Part shown: one piece after another, positions 1 through 8,981 of the stretch
Numbering within the stretch: the first letter of the stretch is position 1
Layout: the number at the start of each line of letters is the position of its first letter
Source: Mantamonas sphyraenae STR306
Taxonomy: Eukaryota > Protista > CRuMs
Reading direction: 5' to 3'
Assembly: GCA_026936335.1 (NCBI GenBank)
Contig: JAPMXV010000020.1
Location: forward strand, 1 to 64,000
DNA: 64,000 nucleotides
Notes under the pieces: generated by a model
Seen by the model: the letters and a program-made list of their open reading frames with translations, nothing else
Told to the model about the DNA's origin: nothing
The model's database searches: none
Translations under genes and position numbers: made by a program

Positions 1-92
1 CTAACCCTAACCCTAACCCTAACCCTAACCCTAACCCTAACCCTAACCCTAACCCTAACCCTAACCCTAACCCTAACCCTAACCCTAACCCC

Positions 93-133
<41 letters not shown>

Positions 134-177
134 CCCTAACCCTAACCCTAACCCTAACCCTAACCCTAACCCTAACC

Positions 178-218
<41 letters not shown>

Positions 219-234
219 CCCTAACCCTAACCCT
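1..234 (+). repeat. Telomeric repeat array (CCCTAA)n, i.e. TTAGGG on the minus strand; chromosome left end
   Basis: CCCTAA hexamers from base 1 to 234 with three variant units (CCCCCTAA near 90, CCCTAAA near 115 and near 200); abrupt junction to unique sequence. Confidence 0.99.
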
Positions 235-383
235 GAGTGAAACTCAGCAACTCACAGTGGTAAATGCGATGAGTCCGGTCTAGGTCACGTGAGTTGTGCT
301 TGTGATTGCTGGCGGTGTGGCTGAGTTGGGTGGTGATATGGGGCAGTGAGCAATAGGTGGCAGTGAAAATGTCGCTAGTGAGT
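233..383. promoter_or_regulatory. Telomere-junction cluster of TGAGT motifs with inverted repeats
   Basis: TGAGT/ACTCA at 234, 242(rc), 250(rc), 270, 290, 322, 379; hairpin CTGAGT-GAA-ACTCAG 233-247; CAACTCAC 248-255 complements GTGAGTTG 289-296; AACTCAGC 241-248 complements GCTGAGTT 320-327. Function is inferred only. Confidence 0.35.
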
Positions 384-515
384 GGCCGTTGTCCTGCAAC
401 GACGCGCAGTCAGCACTGCCCATCCGCCTTCCACCAAAGTATCACCAACACCCACAACACCCTCCACCTGTCCAACACAATCCGCATACACTCCAGTACC
501 ACCTCCACCACCACC

Positions 516-3500
516 ATGGACAAAGACTACTCAAGCACTCAGAAGCAACAACACACACCCAACACCTACCCAGCGTGCGTTCTGCCTTCCACTCCGTTTT
601 CTGACTGCCCGCTTCTCCCGCTTCCTTGCCTCCTCCATGCTTCTGTCGTTTGCCTGCACTCCTGCCCTGCATCTCCACTTCCCCATCACCACCGCCGCTG
701 CCTTCTCCGCTCTTCTCCGATCCCCTCTCCCCTGTCACTGCCCTCCCCGTTGCCAGTTTCCCGGTTTGCCAATCGCCTCCGTTTTCCCTCTCTACTCGTT
801 CCAGCCTCCCTTCACCCCGCTTCTGCAATGACGGCGTCCATTCCGCCTTCAGCTCACCTCTTCCACCCCGCCATGCCGCTCCCATCTTCCCCACAGCTAC
901 GGGTACATGGTCCCTCCCATGGCTGCCCAGCCGTTTCCGAATATGCTGCCCGTCTCTGGCGTACAAAACCCGTACCAGCACCCACAACCACCCATCATCT
1001 GGGTCCCTGTCAACACCCACCGCCAGCAGCACTACGCATATGCTCATCAGGGCCACGCATACAACGTCTACCCTCCTCCGCCGCCTCCTCAGCCGCGACA
1101 AACCGCCCAGATGCACTTCGCTCAGACTCCGTCGCACCCTCAGCCTGCTCAACCCACCACAAACCACAACCGCGTCCCCAAACGCATCAGCCCTGCCTTT
1201 GTCGGCATCACACGGACCACATCCACCACCACCACGTCGTCGTCCTCCCACCAGGCCACACGGCAGACTGGAGACAGCGACGACGACGACGCAGACCAGG
1301 ACGCACACATACTTGACACCGGCGACGTGGAGGACCTGATGGTCCTGAACATTGGCCACCGTGAACCACTGTCACCCTCCAGCAACTCAGATTGGATGAC
1401 CGCCTCATGGATGGATGCGTACGATGAAGACGGCGAGGCAAACGACGCAACCCCGCAGCACCTGGACGACGAATTGGAAACTCAGGGCTCACTCAGCATT
1501 GCAGACACTGGTGATGCCATGGATGAGGAGTACATGACGCAGGATGACAGCGACGACGACGCAGACGACGTGGAGCAGGAGGACAGGTACGAATGGCAGC
1601 CGAGACGCACAAGCAGAGGCCGCAGACGGCGTCGTAGAAACCACACCAGCCGTACTGATCCACAAGCGATGAAAGGCAGCGGACAGAGCAGGCTCAGGGT
1701 CACGGCTGGCAGTGGCACAGAGACAGGGACGTCGAGCACACAGGCAAGGAGGGCCAAGAACGGAGACAACGGCGCACGGAAGAACGCGTGCGATGACAAG
1801 ACGAACAAGTTGCCAGATGGTGTTGTGCGCAAAGCGTGGAGAGTGGGACCCAGTGACGACCGCAGCCACAGCAACAAGAAGGAGCACACGGCACTGCTGA
1901 ACCACATGCACACCCTGGCCAACGAGCATCCCATCGACGACATCCCCGAGCTCATGACCCTGCAGGCGCGTGTTGTGGTATGCCATGGCACCCAGTTGAC
2001 GCTTGTCCGACAGATTCAGCTCGCTCTGGGCAACATTCCCGTTTCCCAGGGCGACATGGCCTTCTGCCTCACCCTTCTCGGCCGTGACATGGATCAACGT
2101 GTGTGCGGTCTAACCATCCTCAACGCTGGTCTGGCCATGGGTGTGACAGAGGCTGGGTTGAAGGTGTGCTGGCTGGAGGAGCCACACGACCACGAAAACA
2201 CCAACTACGCCCTCCTCCACCTACTCATGACTGAGATGGACACACTCGGCAACAGCCCCCAACCCACCACCTGGAAGGAGCACGAGCAGACCCAGCTGTG
2301 GCTGCAGGAAGCACGACGCCCTGCTGACAACGACAGCGACCCACACTGGACACAATGCGACTACGATCACCAACTCACCACCACCAATGTGGAAGAGTGG
2401 CATCCCGAGTCTGTGCGCAGTGGGTGGACCGGTGCTGCAACATGCGACGAGCGTGGCAGCTGCACGGCGCGGGAGTTCCAGACGCTGCTGGCACACATGA
2501 AGGCACGCGCAGCTAAGTACCCTCGCCATGAGCACACAGACGAGCACCATGCACTGCGTGAGCTGATCAACAACGGCAACCTGCTGACCCTTGTGCGACA
2601 CATCATCCTGGCGCTGGGCAACGTTGGCGTGCCGCCTGTCGACCTGGCCTTCTTTGTCCGCCTCCTCAGGCCACGCCTCACCTACCAGCAGGTTGTCAGT
2701 GCCATCAGCCTCACCCTCAACCGCGGTGTTACCTCCCTCTCCCTCAAGATCGCCTGGCTCGACAACCCCAAACCCAGCGACGCCACACTGCACACCCTCC
2801 TGCACACCCTCATCGACCGCATCACACCCCACATCAACACCCGTCCCACCACCACTGACGCCGTCAACACCCTCGACATCCCCGAGCTTGTTCTGCCTGA
2901 GACCACAGAGGAGGAGAAGGTGGCCATGGAGGATGGACTGCCAGATGGAGTTGTGCGCAGTGGTTGGACGTATTGGCGCAAGAGCGAGCGCATGCACAGC
3001 AACAAGAAGGAGCACACGGCACTGCTGAGGCACATGCACACTCTGGCCAACGAGCATCCCATTGACAACATCCCTGACCTCATGACCCTGCAGGCGCGCG
3101 TTGTGGTCTGCCATGGCACCCTGTTGACGCTGATCCGACAGATACAGCTCGCTCTGGGCAACATTCCCCTCTCCCAGGGCGACATGGCACTCTGCCTTAC
3201 CCTTCTCGGCCGTGACGTGGATCAAACGGCATGCAGATTGGCCATCCGACACGCTGGTCTGGCCGTGGGTGTAACAGAGGCTGGGTTGAAGGTGGGCTGG
3301 CTTGAGGAACCACACGACCACGGCGACCCCAACTACGCCCTCCTCCACCTGCTCTTGACAGAGATGGACAATCTCGACAACAGGCCCCATCCCACCACCT
3401 GGGAGGAGCACAAGCAGACCCAGCTGTGGCTGCAGAAAGCACGACGCCCTGCTGACAACGACAGCGACCTTCACTGGACACAATGCGACTACGACCACCA

Positions 3501-4095
3501 CCTGACCACTACCGAGGTGGAACAGTGGCATCCCAAGTCTGTGCGCAGTGGCTGGAGCAAGTCCCGGGGTGACGCGACAGACGAGCGTGGCAGCTGCACG
3601 GCGCGGGAGTTCCAGACGCTGCTGGCACACATGAAGGCACGCGCAGCCAAGCAACCTCGCCATCAGCACACACACGAGCACCAGGCACTGTGTGAGCTGA
3701 TCAACAACGGCGACCTGAAGTCCCTGGTGCGACACATCATCCTGGCGTTGGGCAACGTTGGCGTGCCACCTGTCGACCTGGCCTTCTTTGTCCGCCTCCT
3801 CAGGCCACAGCTCACCTACCAGCAGGTTCACGGTGCCATCAGCAGATCTCTCACCCGCGGCGTCACCTCCCTTTCCCTCAAGATCGCCTGGCTCGACAAC
3901 CCCAAACCCAGCGACGCCACACTGCACACCCTCCTGCACACCCTCCTCGACCGCATTACACCCCACATCAACACACGCCCCACCACTCTCGCTCTCGTCA
4001 ACGCCTACCCCATCCCCTCCTACACCCTCCCCAAGCGCAAAGACCCTTCCTCCTCCTCCTCCTCCTCCTCCTCCAAACGCCAACGCCTCGAATGA
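516..4095 (+). CDS. Orphan ~1085-aa protein with four copies of an unrecognised ~140-aa domain; join(516..574,897..4095)
   Basis: Long ORF 907-4095. Upstream exon from CACCATGG (516) joins in frame through a phase-2 intron 575-896 (GTGCGT...CCACAG). P/Q-rich and acidic N-terminus, basic clusters RGRRRRRR and terminal KRQRLE. Confidence 0.8.
1810..4030 (+). repeat. Intragenic tandem duplication, period ~1128-1134 bp (~376 aa), two copies
   Basis: AACAAGAAGGAGCACACGGCACTGCTGA at 1873 and 3001; GAGCGTGGCAGCTGCACGGCGCGGGAG at 2449 and 3583; long identical stretches throughout. Confidence 0.95.
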
Positions 4096-4186
4096 ACCCC
4101 CCCGCCTCACCAATACCTTAACCACGTCTCGTCTGTCCAACCTCCCGTCCAGAAACCCCCCTCCAGTCCAACCACCACAACCCGCC

Positions 4187-5446
4187 ATGTCTTCTTCCCT
4201 CCGTCAACGTGGCTCCTCGCCATCGGACAGCGTGGCCTCGTCCACAGTGACATCCACCAGCTCCCGCAGCTTCAAAGACCGACTCGGCGACGCTCTCTGC
4301 ATGATCGTCGTTGGCTTTGTCCTCTTTTCCGGCTCCTTCGTGCTGTTGTGGCAAAACGAGGGCTGGGCCATCGACACCGAGGCCTCCCTCAACCGTGCCA
4401 AGATGCGTACCGTCGCCATCACGGGTCAGCTCTCCCTTGACAAGTCTCTCAACCTTCCCGACGGCAGCATTGTCTGGGTCTCTGGCCCCATTGTTGCAAC
4501 GGGGCAGCCCCTTGAAGATCCAAACTTTGGAATTCGTGTCAACGGCCTCGCACTCATGCGCTCCGTCGAGATGTACCAATGGAAAGAGGACGTGCGAGAT
4601 GTGCACGAGGGCAATCGAAAAGTCAAGATGCACGAGTACTCCAAGGACTGGAGCTCCACAACCATCGACTCGTCCAAGTTCTACAAGTCGTCAGGACACG
4701 AGAACCCTTCGAGCATGCCCTACCCGGACAAAACCTTCTACGCCGAAGGTGCCACGCTCGGCGACTACACCGTCGACAAGGCTCTGTGGGACCGCGTGAA
4801 CAACAGGGTCACATTGCGCTTGAGCAAAGAATTTGGCGAAAAGATGCACGAGTACGGCCTGCGCTTGATCGACGACCACATGAGCCTGGTCACAAAGCAC
4901 AAGACCTCTTTCCGTAGTTACTACCCCGAGGTGGGCGATATCCGCATCACATTTTCCGTCTACGGCAGCACAGGCAAGCAGGACCCTCAGTTTGTCACAA
5001 ACGCCCTTGACGAGACCATTGTCAGCCTCATTGCAGGTCTGCAGAACCCCGACCGCCTGACCAACGTCCAGGACGAACAGACGGGCACCGAGGTCAGTCA
5101 GGTCACCACGGGTCGCTCCAGCATCGGCGAGATCTACTCCAGTGCCCAGTCGTGGAACACCTTGAAAAAGTGGATCCTGCGCATTGTTGGCTGGCTCATC
5201 ATGCGTTGGGGTCTGGAGATCATGACCGACATCGTCCACGTCCTCCTTGAGTGGATCCCTGTCGTCGGCGCGGTCGCACGCTTCTCCATGGGTCTCCTCA
5301 CCTTTTTCCTCTCGCTGCTCCTCAGTGTCATTGTCATCCAAATTGCATGGCTTTTCCACCACCCAGCAGTTCTGGTCGCTATAGTCGCCCTGTGCGTCAC
5401 TCCGTTGATGTATGGCACGACCAAGCTCAACCCGCACGACGATTGA
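4187..5446 (+). CDS. TMEM43: TMEM43/LUMA-family (DUF1625) membrane protein, 419 aa
   Basis: TM followed by LWQNEG; LMRSVEMYQWKE, IDSSKF...GHENP, PEVGDIRITF; C-terminal TMs starting KKWILRIVGW and ending AWLFHHP. Confidence 0.9.
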   Translation: MSSSLRQRGSSPSDSVASSTVTSTSSRSFKDRLGDALCMIVVGFVLFSGSFVLLWQNEGWAIDTEASLNRAKMRTVAITGQLSLDKSLNLPDGSIVWVSGPIVATGQPLEDPNFGIRVNGLALMRSVEMYQWKEDVRDVHEGNRKVKMHEYSKDWSSTTIDSSKFYKSSGHENPSSMPYPDKTFYAEGATLGDYTVDKALWDRVNNRVTLRLSKEFGEKMHEYGLRLIDDHMSLVTKHKTSFRSYYPEVGDIRITFSVYGSTGKQDPQFVTNALDETIVSLIAGLQNPDRLTNVQDEQTGTEVSQVTTGRSSIGEIYSSAQSWNTLKKWILRIVGWLIMRWGLEIMTDIVHVLLEWIPVVGAVARFSMGLLTFFLSLLLSVIVIQIAWLFHHPAVLVAIVALCVTPLMYGTTKLNPHDD

Positions 5447-5476
5447 TTGAATCAAGCGGATTCCATTCCACCCCAC

Positions 5477-7501
5477 TCACAACTCCAGCTTGGTGCCCAG
5501 GCTCAATCGCCCAAACAGTTCCGGTGTCTCCTTGCTCTTGGCAATCACCTTTTCTGCCACGCCCACCACGTTGTCCACGGTGAACCCAAAGTGCTCCATC
5601 ACCTCCTCACCCTTGCCGCTTTCGCCAAACGTGTCCATGCCCACGTGCACGTGTGCAAACTCGCTCCACCCATACGTGCCCGATGCCTCCACGCTGATCA
5701 CGGGCAGGCCGTCCGGGAACACCTCGCGCTTCACGCTGTCTGCCTGCGCGCGGAACGCCTCCATGCACGGCATCGACACCACACGTGCCGCCACCTTGGA
5801 CGCTGCCTCCACAATCAGGCCCACCTCCGAGCCGCTGGCCACAAGCACCACCTCGGGCGCCTCGGCGCTGTATGCCTCCAGCACATAGCCGCCCTGCAGC
5901 GTGCCCTCGATGCTACTTCCCTCCAGATGCGGCACGTTCTGACGCGTCAGTGCAAGCACACTCGGCGTCTTCTTGCTCTGCAGCGCCAGTGCATACGCTC
6001 CCGATGTCTCATTGCCATCCGCCGGTCGGATCACGTTGCAGTTCGGCGTCGCACGCCACGATGCCAGCGTTTCGATCGGCTGGTGTGTCGGCCCGTCCTC
6101 GCCCAAGCCGATGCTGTCGTGCGTCATGATGTAGATCACCTGCCACTCGCTCAGCGCGCTCAGTCGAGCTGCGCCCTGCGCATAGCCCAGGAACACCAGG
6201 AACGTCGCCGCAAACGGAAGAAACGTCCCGTACGCGGCCAGACCGTTGCTCACAGCTGCCATTGCGTGCTCTCGCACACCGTACCGGATGTACGTGCCCG
6301 CGCGCGTCTCCTTGTCAAACGCCACGCTGTTCTTCAGCTCCGTGCAGTTGCTGCCCGTCAAATCCGCAGACCCGCCAATCAGCTCGGGCATCATGTCGTT
6401 CAACACGTTCAGCACTGCTCCGCTCAGCTTGCGCGTCGACGTCGCCTTGTCCTGTGCCGTAAACGTCGGCAGTGCCTCCAGCCACCCTTCCGGCAGCTCG
6501 CCCGACACAATGCGTGCCAGCTCCGCACCCAGAGGGCTGCTCTCCACGTACGCCGCATACTTGGCGTCCCACTCCTTGCGCACGGCACGTTTCGCTTCAG
6601 CCAGTTCGTTCACAGCCGCCTGAACTTCCTCGGCCACGGCAAAGCTCTGCGACCCGTCCAAGCCCAGCTTTTCCTTGACGCTTGCTGCGTCCTCCGCACC
6701 CAGAGGCGCGCCGTGCACACCCGCCGTGCCCTGCTTGGCCGACTGGTAGCCAATCGTCGTGCGCACCTTGATGATCGACGGACGATCCGTTTCTGCCTTG
6801 GCTGCCTCGATCGCTGCATCAATCGCCTCCAGGTCCGTGTCGCCGTCCTCCACGCTGCTCGTGTGCCATCCGTACGCCTCGAAACGTGCCAGCACATCCT
6901 CGCCAAAGCTCAGCGACGTGTCGCCGTCAATCGTGATGTGGTTGTCGTCGTACAGCACAATCAGCGACCCCAGTCCCAGGTGGCCTGCAAGCGACGCTGC
7001 CTCGCAGCACACGCCCTCCTGCAGACACCCGTCGCCACAGATCACAAACGTGTGGTTGTCAAACAGACTCACTTCGTCCGTGTTGTACCGTGCCGCCATG
7101 TTTGCGCTGCCAATGGCCAATCCCACAGCGTTGGCAAACCCTTGGCCCAGCGGACCCGTTGTCACCTCCACCCCGGGCGTGTCTTTGCTTTCCGGGTGTC
7201 CTGCCGTGCGCGACCCCACCTGCCGGAACGCCTTCAGGTCCTCCAGCGACAAGTAGCCAAACAGATGCAGCAGCGAGTACTGCAGAGCACTTGCGTGTCC
7301 GTTCGACAGAACAAAGCGGTCCCGGTTCAGCCACTTGGGCGATTCCGCATCAAAGTCCATGTGCTGCGCAAACAGCAGGTACGCCATCGGTGCGCAGCCC
7401 AGCGGGGCTCCAGGGTGTCCACTGTTGGCTGCCTCCACCATGTCCACGCTCAGGGCGCGCACCGTGTTGATTGTTCGTTGAGAAATGCTGCTGCTGCTCA
7501 T
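5477..7501 (-). CDS. TKT: Transketolase, 674 aa
   Basis: ANSGHPGAPLG, NRDRFVLSNGH, TTGPLGQG, TPP motif GDGCLQEG...DDN, GVREHAM, THDSIGLGEDGPTHQP. Start MSSSS at 7501. Confidence 0.98.
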   Translation of the reverse strand: MSSSSISQRTINTVRALSVDMVEAANSGHPGAPLGCAPMAYLLFAQHMDFDAESPKWLNRDRFVLSNGHASALQYSLLHLFGYLSLEDLKAFRQVGSRTAGHPESKDTPGVEVTTGPLGQGFANAVGLAIGSANMAARYNTDEVSLFDNHTFVICGDGCLQEGVCCEAASLAGHLGLGSLIVLYDDNHITIDGDTSLSFGEDVLARFEAYGWHTSSVEDGDTDLEAIDAAIEAAKAETDRPSIIKVRTTIGYQSAKQGTAGVHGAPLGAEDAASVKEKLGLDGSQSFAVAEEVQAAVNELAEAKRAVRKEWDAKYAAYVESSPLGAELARIVSGELPEGWLEALPTFTAQDKATSTRKLSGAVLNVLNDMMPELIGGSADLTGSNCTELKNSVAFDKETRAGTYIRYGVREHAMAAVSNGLAAYGTFLPFAATFLVFLGYAQGAARLSALSEWQVIYIMTHDSIGLGEDGPTHQPIETLASWRATPNCNVIRPADGNETSGAYALALQSKKTPSVLALTRQNVPHLEGSSIEGTLQGGYVLEAYSAEAPEVVLVASGSEVGLIVEAASKVAARVVSMPCMEAFRAQADSVKREVFPDGLPVISVEASGTYGWSEFAHVHVGMDTFGESGKGEEVMEHFGFTVDNVVGVAEKVIAKSKETPELFGRLSLGTKLEL

Positions 7502-7585
7502 CTCGGCCTTTTTTGTGTGAAAACGAGAGGGGAGAAAATCCGGTGGCTGCCCTTGCGCCCTCCGCCTCGCCTCCTCATCCAACCC

Positions 7586-8962
7586 ATGTCCATCCCACTC
7601 AGCATCCAAGTTGCTGCTCCTGGCCAGCAGTCGACCGACCAGGGCCTCGATGTCCAGCAAGCCCTCGACGACCTTGTCCTCGACGACCCGGCTCTCCTTC
7701 CCACGGGTCTGCACTTGCGTGAGCACATCACCCAGCTTGCCCAGGACCGCCTTGGCCACTCTCTCACTGCCGTCGACATCATCCTTGTCGCCGATGCCGG
7801 CCAGCTCGAACTCACAGACGACTCGCCCCTCGACGTCCTCCTCGCCGCGTACAACGTCGTCAACATCACTGCACGCTTCATCCACACCCACTCACTCGTC
7901 GCAGATGACGACACGGCTGACAATGACACTCTACAAACCGACACCATCGACGATAACGACGACGACAACGACGACAACGACGACCAAACCGTCGTGCTCA
8001 CTCTCCGCGACGCCCAGGACGACGAACTCGACACCGATCTCGAACTTGCTCGCAGCCAGGGCAGTGTTTCTCTCACCCACGACACCGACGATGTCCTCAT
8101 CGACACATCCTCTCTCCTGTGCCCGCCCATCTCCTGGCACACCGTTGGCGGCGACACCACCTTCCTCGACGTGGCTCCCGTCGAAGCAAAGAACATGGAC
8201 TACCTTCGTCGTGTCCTCGAGTGCATCCAGAAGGGTCTCTCTCCCTATCTCTATCGCACAGCCGCCAAGCACGGCCTCGAAATCGAAAAGGGAGGCGACC
8301 TCTACTACGAGCTCAAGCACATGCGCCAGGCCCAGGATATGTATGCCGACCTGCTCAACTGCAGTGCCCACGACATCGACAAGCTCGTCAGCAGCTCCCT
8401 CCATGCACGCAACCAGTTTGCCCACTCTTCCGACAACAAAGCCGTTCTCCACTCCCACGCCGCCGTCTACGACCTCCTCGAGCTCGGCGAACTCATCCTC
8501 ACTCTCGTCTCTGCCTACGATTACGAGGCAGAACGCCAGCTTGAGAACCTCATCGCTCTCCACGACACCTACAACGACCACGGCAAGGTCCGCATCGCTC
8601 GCAAGCTCCTCATCGAGTCATCCGAAGAAGAGCGCACCCACATGGCCACCTGGATGCTCACCTCCATGCTCCAACGCATCCAAGACGGTGACCAGGACCT
8701 TGTCGACGCCCTCTCCACACGCGTCCTCCCGTACATCGACGGTCTTGTCGACGTCGACGACGAGCTCCAGAAGCAAGAGGACAAGCGCAAGAACAGCACA
8801 AACACCTTTCACCACACATTCACTCGCAGATACAACTCCTCCAATGGAAGTCGAGGCAGAGGCAGAGGCGGAGGCAGGGGCAGAGGCAGAGGCAGGGGCA
8901 GGGGCAGAGGCAACCGCGGCTACTTTGACCGCAAACGCCAATCCCACACCAACAACTCCTGA
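7586..8962 (+). CDS. Putative Swt1-like HEPN ribonuclease with possible ubiquitin-like N-terminus and RG/RGG tail, 458 aa
   Basis: C-terminal part of ORF 5447-8962 from ATG 7586; helical domain with KGLSPYL, DLYYELK and Rx4H motif RNQFAH (8408-8425); Asp-rich linker; GRGRGGGRGRGRGRGRG tail. The CDS is well supported; the HEPN call is from recalled motif pattern. Confidence 0.65.
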   Translation: MSIPLSIQVAAPGQQSTDQGLDVQQALDDLVLDDPALLPTGLHLREHITQLAQDRLGHSLTAVDIILVADAGQLELTDDSPLDVLLAAYNVVNITARFIHTHSLVADDDTADNDTLQTDTIDDNDDDNDDNDDQTVVLTLRDAQDDELDTDLELARSQGSVSLTHDTDDVLIDTSSLLCPPISWHTVGGDTTFLDVAPVEAKNMDYLRRVLECIQKGLSPYLYRTAAKHGLEIEKGGDLYYELKHMRQAQDMYADLLNCSAHDIDKLVSSSLHARNQFAHSSDNKAVLHSHAAVYDLLELGELILTLVSAYDYEAERQLENLIALHDTYNDHGKVRIARKLLIESSEEERTHMATWMLTSMLQRIQDGDQDLVDALSTRVLPYIDGLVDVDDELQKQEDKRKNSTNTFHHTFTRRYNSSNGSRGRGRGGGRGRGRGRGRGRGNRGYFDRKRQSHTNNS

Positions 8963-8981
8963 TCATCCCCCATTTTCTCTC

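Noticed and set aside
85-200. Variant telomere units as evidence of a mixed telomerase template
   Set aside because: All three variants are homopolymer length changes, the typical long-read error.
233-300. Hammerhead ribozyme or Penelope/Athena-like telomeric retroelement (CTGAGTGA, GATGAGTCC)
   Set aside because: The CUGANGA...GAAA core and stems are not in the required order, and no reverse transcriptase motif occurs in the adjacent ORF.
357-1316. 319-aa ORF as an independent gene
   Set aside because: Better explained as exon 1 (516-574) read through into a pyrimidine-rich intron and an alternate frame of gene 1.
5447-7585. N-terminal 713 codons of the 1171-aa plus-strand ORF and other very long shadow ORFs (7611-10823, 17548-20952, 25040-27496, 33969-35969, 2221-4188)
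   Set aside because: Antisense or alternate-frame shadows of real genes in GC-rich, codon-biased DNA; no motifs and skewed His/Arg/Val composition.
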